DNA from: an uncultured Bifidobacteriaceae bacterium
Lineage (GTDB): Bacteria; Acidobacteriota; Vicinamibacteria; Vicinamibacterales; UBA2999
Direction of reading: 5' to 3'
NCBI GenBank assembly: GCA_964643765.1
Contig: CAZXTM010000002.1
Span: 81,237 to 145,236 of the forward strand
DNA: 64,000 bases
Each line of letters starts with the position of its first letter. The stretch's first letter is position 1. Position numbers and translations under genes: made by a program. This document shows positions 56,425 through 64,000 of the stretch, one piece after another. The notes under the pieces are model-generated. The model did not search any database, was not told where the DNA came from, and saw only the letters and a list, made by a program, of their open reading frames with translations.

Positions 56425-57510
56425 GTGCGCGCCGTTGCCTCTGCCCTCCGGGCCTTCCGCCAGCGCCGCCCGCTGCGCGGGGGCTCGCTGCTCGTCACCC
56501 TCTTTGGCGACGCCGTCGCCCCGCACGGCGGCTCGCTCGCCCTCGGCAGCCTCATCGCGCTGGCCGCGCCCTTCGGCCTCACCGAGCGCCTGGTGCGCAC
56601 CTCGGCCTCGCGCCTCACCCACGACGGCTGGTTCCACACCCGACGCATCGGCCGCATCAGCGTGTATCGCCTCACGCCCGTCGGGAAGACACGGAGCGCC
56701 GACGCCGCCCAGCGCATCTACGAGCCCCCGCCCGAGCTGCCGCGCCGCACGTGGACCATGGTGCTGATGCCGGCCGGGCTGACCATCCGCGACACGGCCG
56801 CCCGCGAGCTGCAGTGGCTCGGCTTCGGACGCATGAGCCCCGAAGTCTTCGTGCATCCCACATGCACGCCCCGGGAGGTTACCGGACACCTGCAGCTGCT
56901 GGGCCTGTCCGCCGGCGCCGTTGTCGTGCAGGCCGCCCTCCAGTCGCGCGCAGACGAGCAGCAGCTGGTGCAGGCCAGCTGGAACCTCGCCGCCCTCAGT
57001 GATCGCTACGAGCGCCTCCTCCGCACCTTCGGTCCGATTGACGAGGCGCTGGCACAGGGCCAGGCGCTCTCGCCCGCCGACAGCTTCGTCGTGCGCACGC
57101 TGCTCGTCCACGAATACCGCCGCATCGTCCTGCGCGATCCGCGCCTGCCCACCGTGCTGCTGCCGGACGACTGGGCCGGGGGCCGCGCCTACGCCCTCTG
57201 CCAGTCGCTGTATGCACGCGTCTTTGCAGCCTCCGAAGCACACCTGCAGTCGGTGGTGTCCGACGTGACGGGCACGGCAGGCCCGTGGCACGACCTCGAT
57301 GCCTCGGCGCAGGGGCGATTCGGCGGGGTGCTCCCCCAGGAACTGCTGGAACGCGAGGTCGTGGCGTCCGCGGAACCTCACGCGACACCCCGCCGCCTCT
57401 CACGGCGACCGCAGCCCCGGGCGGCTCGAACGCCCGAGGCCAGCGCGGGTTCGCGCCCCGGGCGTGCGCGCGCGCCCCGGTCTGCCCGGCACGCCGACAC
57501 AAACCGCTGA
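56425..57510 (+). CDS. paaX: phenylacetic acid degradation operon repressor PaaX
   Basis: GGSLLVTLFGDAVAPHGGSLALGSLIALAAPFGLTERLVRTSASRLTHDGWFHTRRIGRISVYRLT matches the PaaX N-terminal wHTH. The start is uncertain: GTG at 56425 is preferred, and 56356 and 56371 are also in frame. An Arg/Pro-rich C-terminal tail is present. Confidence 0.75.
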   Translation: MRAVASALRAFRQRRPLRGGSLLVTLFGDAVAPHGGSLALGSLIALAAPFGLTERLVRTSASRLTHDGWFHTRRIGRISVYRLTPVGKTRSADAAQRIYEPPPELPRRTWTMVLMPAGLTIRDTAARELQWLGFGRMSPEVFVHPTCTPREVTGHLQLLGLSAGAVVVQAALQSRADEQQLVQASWNLAALSDRYERLLRTFGPIDEALAQGQALSPADSFVVRTLLVHEYRRIVLRDPRLPTVLLPDDWAGGRAYALCQSLYARVFAASEAHLQSVVSDVTGTAGPWHDLDASAQGRFGGVLPQELLEREVVASAEPHATPRRLSRRPQPRAARTPEASAGSRPGRARAPRSARHADTNR

Positions 57511-57512
57511 CG

Positions 57513-59048
57513 TCAGTCGGCCCGGTCGGGTGTGGTCAGCGACACGCCGAGCGCCGCACGACGACGCAGCCACAGGCTGGGCCGATAGCGAGGGTCACCG
57601 GTCTGCTGGTGCAGAGCCTCGAGCACCTGCAGGACGCGGGCCGGCGTCAGCGCATCACCCAGGGCCAGCGGTCCGCGCGGATAGCCCAGCCCCAGCTGCA
57701 CGGCCGGATCGATGTCCCCGGACGCGGCAATCCGCTGCTGCGCAATGTCACAGCCCACGTTCACGATCGCCGCTGCCACGCGCTGCGCCACGGCGCCAGG
57801 GCTGTCGGCCACGATGGTCACCGCCTGTCCACCCGACGCCATCAGGCCGTGCGCGGCGCGACGCATCGCGGCACTCGTGAGCGGCGTGTGCATCAGCGTG
57901 ATGCGCCCGGCCAGTCCGAACAGCATGTCGACCGCCACGGTGCGCGCTGGATCGAGCTGCTCGGCCAGCGCGGCCGTCGTCGCGTCGATGCCGAGCGGGG
58001 TCACCAGGCACAGCGCCTCAGCCGACGGCGCCGCGCTGTCTTCGATGATCGGTGATGCCGGCAGCGCGTGCAGGAAGGCCACCAGAGCCTCGCCATACGC
58101 CGCATCGGAGCGGCTGACCCACACCGCCAGGGGACGTTCTGCAGGTGGCGGCGGCTCTGCGTCGACGACTGCACGACCCTCGCGATAGACGTAGAAGCCC
58201 TCGCCGCTCTTGCGGCCGAGCAGTCCGGCCTCGAGGCGTCGCTGTGTCTCAGGTGAGGGCCGGAACCGGGGCTCTTCGTAAAACTGGTGATAGATCGACT
58301 CCATCACCGGATGCGACACATCGAGCCCGGTCAGGTCGAGCAGTTCGCACGGCCCCATGCGGAAGCCGGCGGCCTCGCGCATGATGCGGTCGATGTCGGC
58401 CGGCGCGGCCACGCCCTCGGCCAGCACCCGCATGGCCTCGGTGACATACGCGCGGCCGGCATGGTTGATCAGGAACCCGGGCCAGTCGCGCACACGGACA
58501 GGCCGGTGACCGAAGGCGCGCGTCAGGTCGCACAGCGCCGCGCAGGTCGCCTCGGACGTGCGCGCCCCGGCCACCACCTCGACGATTTTCATGAGCGGCG
58601 CCGGGTTGAAGAAATGGAACCCGGCCATGCGGTCCGGCTGCTTCAGGGCCGCGGCAATGGCGGTCACCGACAGTGACGAGGTATTGGTGGCGAGCACGCA
58701 CGAGGATGACACCAGGGCCTCAAGTGCGGTGAAGAGCGCCTGCTTTGCCTCGAGGCGCTCGACGATGGCCTCGATGACGAGGTCGGCGGCGGCCAGATCC
58801 TCGAGGCAGTCGGCCACGACGATCCTGTCCGCAGCGGCGGCGGCGGCCTCGACCGTCATCCGCCCCTTCGCAGCGAGCTGCTGCAGCACCTGCGTGATGC
58901 CGTCGCGGGCCGCCTCGGCCGCGCCGGGCCTGGTGTCGTGCAGCAGCGTGCGCAGGCCGGCCTGCGCGGTCAGCTGGGCAATGCCCCGGCCCATGACGCC
59001 GGTGCCGATGACTGCTGCGGTCGAGAAAGGGCGGGAACCGTCATCCAT
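57513..59048 (-). CDS. paaH: 3-hydroxyacyl-CoA dehydrogenase (PaaH-type, with duplicated C-terminal domain)
   Basis: The Rossmann motif is AAVIGTGVMGRGIA, with the 3HCDH region ..GFHFFNPAPLMKIVEVV... About 511 aa. It is convergent with paaX. Confidence 0.8.
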   Translation of the reverse strand: MDDGSRPFSTAAVIGTGVMGRGIAQLTAQAGLRTLLHDTRPGAAEAARDGITQVLQQLAAKGRMTVEAAAAAADRIVVADCLEDLAAADLVIEAIVERLEAKQALFTALEALVSSSCVLATNTSSLSVTAIAAALKQPDRMAGFHFFNPAPLMKIVEVVAGARTSEATCAALCDLTRAFGHRPVRVRDWPGFLINHAGRAYVTEAMRVLAEGVAAPADIDRIMREAAGFRMGPCELLDLTGLDVSHPVMESIYHQFYEEPRFRPSPETQRRLEAGLLGRKSGEGFYVYREGRAVVDAEPPPPAERPLAVWVSRSDAAYGEALVAFLHALPASPIIEDSAAPSAEALCLVTPLGIDATTAALAEQLDPARTVAVDMLFGLAGRITLMHTPLTSAAMRRAAHGLMASGGQAVTIVADSPGAVAQRVAAAIVNVGCDIAQQRIAASGDIDPAVQLGLGYPRGPLALGDALTPARVLQVLEALHQQTGDPRYRPSLWLRRRAALGVSLTTPDRAD

Positions 59049-60199
59049 GCGTGTCCCGATGATACGCGAGGGGCCTGCGATGCCAGCAGGCGATACCACC
59101 CGTAGAGCGGCGCGAGCGCCTCGTGCCAGCTGCGGCGTTCGGCATAGGCGCGGGCGCCGTCCCCCAGCGACTGCCGCCACCGACTGTCGCTGATCATGGG
59201 CCCGAGCGCACGGGCCCAGGCCGACACATTCCCAGCAGGCAGCACCAGTCCGCTCGTGCCGGCGTCGAGATTCTCCTGCGGTCCGCCCATGTCGGTGACC
59301 AGTACCGGCAGGCCACTGGACTGCGCTTCCAGCACGACATTACCAGCCGTATCCGTCGCGCTGGGAAAGGCAAAGATATCAGCCGATGCATAGGCCTCTG
59401 CGAGAGCCGCACCACCGAGCACACCGGTGAACACCGCGTCCGGCAGGGCCCGACGCAGTCCGTCCAGGTAGGGACCCTCCCCCACAACGACCAGTCGGTG
59501 GGCGTGGCCGGCCGCCGACAGGGCGCTCGTCAGCGGGGCCAGCAGGTCGAGGCCCTTCTCCTTCGAGACCCTGCCGACGTACAGCACCGCCGGCCGCGCA
59601 TCGCTGACGCCCCATGACTCCCGGAGTGCAGCTGAGCGATGTACAGGCGCATAGGCGCTCGTATCCACACCCCGTCGCCAGATGCTCACCGAATCAGCGG
59701 CGCGACCCCGTCCAGCCAGCAGCAGTTGTCGTGTAGCCTCGGAGGGAGCCAGTACGTGCTCGCACTTGCCATAGGGCCACCTGAGGAACCCGGCCATCAC
59801 GCGTCCGGCTGCACGTGACCCGGTCAGCAGCTGCGCGTAGGCCGCAAGATCGGTGTGGAAGCTCCCCACCATCGGCAGGCGCAGCGCCCGCTGAATATGC
59901 AGCGCCGCGAGGCCGATCGGACCCGGCGTCGTCAGGTGCAGCACGCTGGGCCGGAAGCGCTGAACCTCGGCCCTGAGTCGCGTCCGTCCCGGCCAGAACA
60001 CTTCCATTTCGCGATAACAGGGAATGGGCATTCCGCGGGCCACCAGCGCACGATACTCGGGCGTATCCGCTTCTTGACGGCACGCGGTGAAGACACGCAG
60101 CCGAAGGTCGGGTGGCGCGTACCGCAGAACCGCCTTCAGTGTGGTGGTGACTCCGTTCACCTTCCCGAAGTCATTGTCCGTCAGGATGGCAATCCGCAT
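58970..60199 (-). CDS. GT4-family (GT-B) glycosyltransferase
   Basis: The N-terminus is MRIAILTDNDFGKVNGVTT. The C-terminal sugar-donor motif is FAFPSATDTAGNVVLEAQSSGLPVLVTDMGGPQE. The 3' end overlaps the paaH start by 79 nt. Confidence 0.8.
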   Translation of the reverse strand: MRIAILTDNDFGKVNGVTTTLKAVLRYAPPDLRLRVFTACRQEADTPEYRALVARGMPIPCYREMEVFWPGRTRLRAEVQRFRPSVLHLTTPGPIGLAALHIQRALRLPMVGSFHTDLAAYAQLLTGSRAAGRVMAGFLRWPYGKCEHVLAPSEATRQLLLAGRGRAADSVSIWRRGVDTSAYAPVHRSAALRESWGVSDARPAVLYVGRVSKEKGLDLLAPLTSALSAAGHAHRLVVVGEGPYLDGLRRALPDAVFTGVLGGAALAEAYASADIFAFPSATDTAGNVVLEAQSSGLPVLVTDMGGPQENLDAGTSGLVLPAGNVSAWARALGPMISDSRWRQSLGDGARAYAERRSWHEALAPLYGWYRLLASQAPRVSSGHAWMTVPALSRPQQSSAPASWAGALPS

Positions 60200-60375
60200 G
60201 GTGCCAGCGTGCCCTGCTGCCATGACCGCGCCATGTCGACGGGGCAACGGCTGTGTGACATCGACACCGTTCGCCTGCTGTTGCGCCGAGTTTGCGCGCC
60301 TGTCACTCACGCGTCACATATCTGCCGCATGGTGGAACGGCGGGTGTGACGCGACAACCCGTGAGGAGTGCACGC

Positions 60376-60981
60376 ATGACATTCACCAAAGCGCTGGCGG
60401 AACAGCGATGGGATGACCATCGCTACTACCATCACAACTTGATCAATCAGTCGCTGCACTTTGTCAGTGCCGTGACGTTTCTGGCCTGCTATGCGATGGC
60501 ATGGATCGAACCGACACTGGCGGTGCTGCTCGCCTGGATGGTGGCGATGCCGTCGCGCCAAATCGGTCACTTCTTCTTCGAACCGACCACGTACGACGCC
60601 ATCAACGAAGCGACACACGACCACAAGGAAGGCATCAAGGTCGGCTACAACCTGCGTCGCAAGGTGCTGCTGCACATCGCGTGGGCAGCATCACCGCTGC
60701 TGCTGCTGACCGACCCCTCATTCGGCGGGTGGCTGACCCCGGCCGCGTCCGTCGGTGCGCTGGTCGATAACATCGCGCGCATCTGGATGGCCGTCGCCGC
60801 CGTCGCACTGTTCGGCCGCGGCGTCCTGCTCAGCGTCACACGTGATGTGCAGACCGGTGTGGTCTGGGTCACGAAAATCCTGACCGACCCGTTTCACGAC
60901 GTGAAGCTGTATCACCGGGCTCCGCTGCGCCTCCTCAAGGGAGAGCCCGCCAACCCCGCCGCCTTCAGCGAGCCCGCCTGA
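60376..60981 (+). CDS. membrane protein, possibly Mpo1-like/DUF962
   Basis: It has 4-5 TM helices. His-rich motifs are present (DHRYYHHNLINQSLHFVSAV, ..IGHFFFEP.., ..THDHKE..). The family call is tentative. Confidence 0.4.
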   Translation: MTFTKALAEQRWDDHRYYHHNLINQSLHFVSAVTFLACYAMAWIEPTLAVLLAWMVAMPSRQIGHFFFEPTTYDAINEATHDHKEGIKVGYNLRRKVLLHIAWAASPLLLLTDPSFGGWLTPAASVGALVDNIARIWMAVAAVALFGRGVLLSVTRDVQTGVVWVTKILTDPFHDVKLYHRAPLRLLKGEPANPAAFSEPA

Positions 60982-62665
60982 ACCACGACTGCCAGGTTGC
61001 CCGCACCAGCTCGCCGGTCGCAGCCCGGCGGACGGTGCGGGTGGTCGCGCCTGCCGGCACCCACCACCAGCCCCCGGCGCGCATGTCTTCACACGCAGCC
61101 ACAACGCGGCGGCTGATTTCGGCCCACTCCTCATCGGTCGTCGCATGGTTGAAGATGAATCGCCCGGTGCCGACCCACGACAGCAGCAACCCATGCCGGC
61201 GCAGGTAGAACTGCAGCATCCAGTTGAAGCGCGAGGGCACCGAATAGAGCACGGTCGCCACCGACAGCATGTGAACCAGCCGCACTGGAAGCTGCCGGGC
61301 TGCCAGCGCCCCATTGAGCGCCTCGATGCGCGCTGTCCACACCGCCTCGACGTTCTCGTAGTGCCGGCGAAGCGCGGGACGTCCTGGCTGGTCGTCGTCG
61401 AGGCGCCTGAGAAACTCATGCATGGTCGCCATGACATAGGGATGGGCATTGAACGTGCCCCGTGCAAAGCAGATGTCCGAGGGCCGATCGTCCCGGAAGC
61501 GACGCATCCATCGCCGGCGGCCACAGACCACGCCTACCGGCAGTCCCCCACCGAGGGTCTTGCCATAGGTCACCACATCGGCGGCCACGCCGAAGTATTC
61601 CTGAGCCCCGCCGCGCGCAAGCCTGAAGCCGAGAAACACTTCATCGAAAATCAGGGCGATGCCGCGTGCCGTACAGACGTCGCGCAGCTGGCGCAGCCAC
61701 GCTGCATAGGCCGCACGGTCATAACCGGCGGTCCGCTCGTTGGCCAGCAGTGTGCCGTCCGAGGGTGCCCCTCGATTCGGATGCAGGGCTTGCAGCGGAT
61801 TGACCAGCACACACGCGATGTCATCGCGGGTGGCGAGCACGCGCAGCGTGGCAGCACTCATCTCGCTCAGCACGTATACATTCCCAGGCGGACTCGGATT
61901 GCCGACGCCCGGCTGTACGTCGTCCCACCAGCCGTGATACGCACCACAGAACTGCACGATGTGCGTGCGACCGGTGTGATAGCGCGCCAGCCGAACCGCC
62001 TGCATCACCGCTTCGGTGCCCGACATGTGGAACGACACCTCGTCCATGCCGGAGATGTCACAGAGCCGGCGCACGTTGTCCGCCACCAGCGGATGATGGG
62101 CACCAAGCACTGGCCCCAGTGCCTCGACGTCCGCCAGGCCGGCGCGGATACAGTCGGCGTAGAACGGCGCGCCGAACAGGGTGACGCCGTAGGAACCGGC
62201 GAGGTCATGGAGCACCTGACCGTCAAGAGTCGTCAGCGTGCTTCCGCGCGACTCCATCACAAACGGCGGGGCGGGCAGCCGCTCGCGCACATAGCGGCTG
62301 AAGACCGGCGGCACGCGATACCTCGACGTGAACTGCATGTCCGACACGCGGGGGCGGGTCAGGGCAGCCAGTTCCGTCGACTGCAGCGACTGGTCGCGGA
62401 GGGTCGCCATCAGGGCATCGAAGGCCTGATGCCGGTGCTCGACTACGGCTGGTGGCGCCCCGTCGCAGGCAAAGACCTGAGGCGTTTCGTAGTCGACCGT
62501 CACCAGCAACCGGGACAACCGCTTCGCCCAGCGCACATGACCCGCCAGCGACCCGTGTTTGGCCCTCGACAGTCTCAGGCGGCGCCAGATACGACGCGCT
62601 GCCCACGCGGCCCCGCCCGCGCCCCCAACGGATAGGCCCCATGTCATCACCGCTGACGTCACCAT
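60965..62665 (-). CDS. class-III (GSA-aminomutase-like) PLP aminotransferase with N-terminal extension
   Basis: ..DLAGSYGVTLFG.., ..FHMSGTEAVMQAVRLAR.. and ..ALIFDEVFLGFRLA..YGKTLGGGLP (PLP Lys) are typical of the class. A unique N-terminal region of about 130 aa includes a hydrophobic start. Confidence 0.8.
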   Translation of the reverse strand: MVTSAVMTWGLSVGGAGGAAWAARRIWRRLRLSRAKHGSLAGHVRWAKRLSRLLVTVDYETPQVFACDGAPPAVVEHRHQAFDALMATLRDQSLQSTELAALTRPRVSDMQFTSRYRVPPVFSRYVRERLPAPPFVMESRGSTLTTLDGQVLHDLAGSYGVTLFGAPFYADCIRAGLADVEALGPVLGAHHPLVADNVRRLCDISGMDEVSFHMSGTEAVMQAVRLARYHTGRTHIVQFCGAYHGWWDDVQPGVGNPSPPGNVYVLSEMSAATLRVLATRDDIACVLVNPLQALHPNRGAPSDGTLLANERTAGYDRAAYAAWLRQLRDVCTARGIALIFDEVFLGFRLARGGAQEYFGVAADVVTYGKTLGGGLPVGVVCGRRRWMRRFRDDRPSDICFARGTFNAHPYVMATMHEFLRRLDDDQPGRPALRRHYENVEAVWTARIEALNGALAARQLPVRLVHMLSVATVLYSVPSRFNWMLQFYLRRHGLLLSWVGTGRFIFNHATTDEEWAEISRRVVAACEDMRAGGWWWVPAGATTRTVRRAATGELVRATWQSWFRRAR

Positions 62666-63615
62666 CGCCTCCCCTTCAGCGTCGATTCGTCGATGCCTGC
62701 CGTGCGCTTGTCAGCAACGTGCTGCCGGGCCCCCTCACCGCTCCGGTGGTGGCCTGGCTCAGTCGCTGGGAACAGCCCGTGGCTGCCGCGCTGCTGATTC
62801 GTGTGCTCACCTGGGTCGCAGGTGACCTGCATCTGGAAGAAGCGGCCGAGTCGCAGTTCCCATCGATGCGCGCCTGCTTCACCCGCCGTCTCCGCCCTGG
62901 TGCCCGCCCCATCGACGACGATCCGCGGCACCTGGTGTCGCCCTGCGACGGTCAGGTCATGGCCGCCGGGCCGGTCGTCAGTGGCCTGCTGGTGCAGGCC
63001 AAGGGGCGCACCTACACCCTCGAAGACCTGCTCAAGGACCGCGCGCTCGCGGCCCGGTGCGTCGATGGTGCCTTTGTCACGCTGAGGCTGACACCGGCGA
63101 TGTATCACCGATTCCATAGCCCCGACACCGCCACGCTGCTCGACGTGCGTCACGTGCCCGGGGTCGCCTGGAATGTGAATCCACCCACGGTGCAGTGGCT
63201 GCCTCGTCTCTACGTCCGAAACACGCGGGCGGTGCTGCCCTTCACCCTGCACGGCGAGCCGTCGACGGTGGTGCTGGTGCCCGTGGGTGCGATTCTGGTG
63301 TCGGGCATTGTGCTGCCCGTCGTGCCAGGCTGGGACAACCGTGACCGGCACGCCCAGTGCGTCGTGCCGTGCAGAGCCGATCTGATGCGCGGCGAGGAAG
63401 TCGGCTACTTTGAACATGGCTCGACCGTCATAGTCATTGCGTCCCGGGGAGCGGATCTGGTCGAGGGGATTGCGGAAGGACAGACGGTGCGGATGGGGCA
63501 GCCGCTGATGCGCCGCAGGGCGGCACGCGTTCCGCCAGCGCACCACACAGGTAGTACGCCGTCTCGAGCGCCGGCAGCAGAAACCAATCCGGCTCCGGAT
63601 GGCGGGTCAGCATGA
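62641..63615 (+). CDS. psd: phosphatidylserine decarboxylase family proenzyme
   Basis: ..LVSPCDGQV.., ..RLTPAMYHRFHSP.. and the self-cleavage region GYFEHGSTVIV are present. The C-terminal 30 aa are low-complexity and overlap the convergent gene. Confidence 0.75.
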   Translation: MSSPLTSPSPPLQRRFVDACRALVSNVLPGPLTAPVVAWLSRWEQPVAAALLIRVLTWVAGDLHLEEAAESQFPSMRACFTRRLRPGARPIDDDPRHLVSPCDGQVMAAGPVVSGLLVQAKGRTYTLEDLLKDRALAARCVDGAFVTLRLTPAMYHRFHSPDTATLLDVRHVPGVAWNVNPPTVQWLPRLYVRNTRAVLPFTLHGEPSTVVLVPVGAILVSGIVLPVVPGWDNRDRHAQCVVPCRADLMRGEEVGYFEHGSTVIVIASRGADLVEGIAEGQTVRMGQPLMRRRAARVPPAHHTGSTPSRAPAAETNPAPDGGSA

Positions 63616-64000
63616 ATAGGCCCCAGATGCTGAGGACCGTGCCGACATACTGCGGATGCGCGAGCAGTGAAAACGGAAAGCCGGAGCACCACTGCACGAC
63701 ATGGCCGAAGCGCGTGCCATAGAACACACCGACGGTGCCGAGCCGAACGAAGACCGAGACATTCAGAATCTGCCCGATGGTCAGCGCCAGCACCGCGATC
63801 ACACCGACGACGCCTGGTGGCCAGTGCGGTGGCTGTATGCCTCCATGCCAGCCGATCCACATGGCGAAGACGGTGAGTTGCAAGAGCTTGAACGCAACAA
63901 ACAGCCGACGCAGCACGCGAACCGGCTCCGTCGAACCTCGCCGGTCGCATGCCGCCCGAAAGGCCTCGGGCCAGCGCCAGATCAGGGCGTAAGCGACACG
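63434..64000 (-). CDS. phospholipid/isoprenylcysteine methyltransferase-family membrane protein (PEMT-like), 5' end outside window
   Basis: It has TM helices and the PEMT-type motif FPFSLLAHPQYVGTVLSIWG. The reading frame stays open from 63916 to the window end at 64000 (..YALIWRWPEAFRAAC..). Confidence 0.6.
   Translation of the reverse strand, partial: RVAYALIWRWPEAFRAACDRRGSTEPVRVLRRLFVAFKLLQLTVFAMWIGWHGGIQPPHWPPGVVGVIAVLALTIGQILNVSVFVRLGTVGVFYGTRFGHVVQWCSGFPFSLLAHPQYVGTVLSIWGLFMLTRHPEPDWFLLPALETAYYLCGALAERVPPCGASAAAPSAPSVLPQSPRPDPLPGTQ

Overview
This is 64 kb of a very GC-rich bacterial chromosome. Spot counts by eye gave 43/60 G+C at 8401-8460 (core gene) and 32/60 at 11401-11460 and 15421-15480 (accessory region); no global value was computed. 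The gene content includes a carboxypeptidase-regulatory-domain TonB receptor, many Sec/Tat-exported enzymes and a fused E1 alpha/beta dehydrogenase. That suggests a soil Gemmatimonadota/Acidobacteriota-like organism, but this is inference only. I call about 60 protein genes, 2 tRNAs, 3 pseudogenes or remnants, and several repeats and regulatory sites.

Layout:
- 1-9.8 kb, housekeeping: CuA oxidase subunit II-like gene, M61 peptidase, a frameshifted hybrid histidine kinase, tRNA-Ser, a Tat-signal FAH hydrolase, gltX, an AEC transporter.
- 9.95-19.3 kb, accessory region. tRNA-Gln is followed by a 4 kb integrase-less island that ends in a perfect 29-bp copy of the tRNA 3' end. Next come an AbiE-like wHTH+nucleotidyltransferase pair, a decayed gene, a DinB gene and an RHH-MNT/HEPN pair. 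Most of this accessory DNA (13614-19017) lies between a 298-bp duplication of the 5' end of a secreted cupin-like gene.
- 19.8-35.3 kb: rmuC, exported enzymes, and a TonB receptor with two Tat-exported TIM-barrel enzymes.
- 35.5-43.6 kb: an uncharacterised GntR-linked acid/CoA catabolic locus (TPP enzyme, family III CoA-transferase, SSS symporter, citryl-CoA-lyase-like, acylating ALDH).
- 44.7-59 kb: phenylacetate (paa) genes extended by a fused E1ab/E2 2-oxoacid dehydrogenase and a DUF1643 gene, with a symmetric paaA/paaX promoter-operator.
- 59-64 kb: a lipid-headgroup-type cluster (GT4, aminotransferase, PSD, PEMT-like).

No CRISPR array, integrase, transposase or rRNA was seen. I did not find an unambiguous novel multi-gene system. 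The best candidates for follow-up are the tRNA-Gln island and TA islet, the CoA-catabolic locus and the paa-linked 2-oxoacid dehydrogenase. All homology statements come from motif recognition by eye, not from searches.
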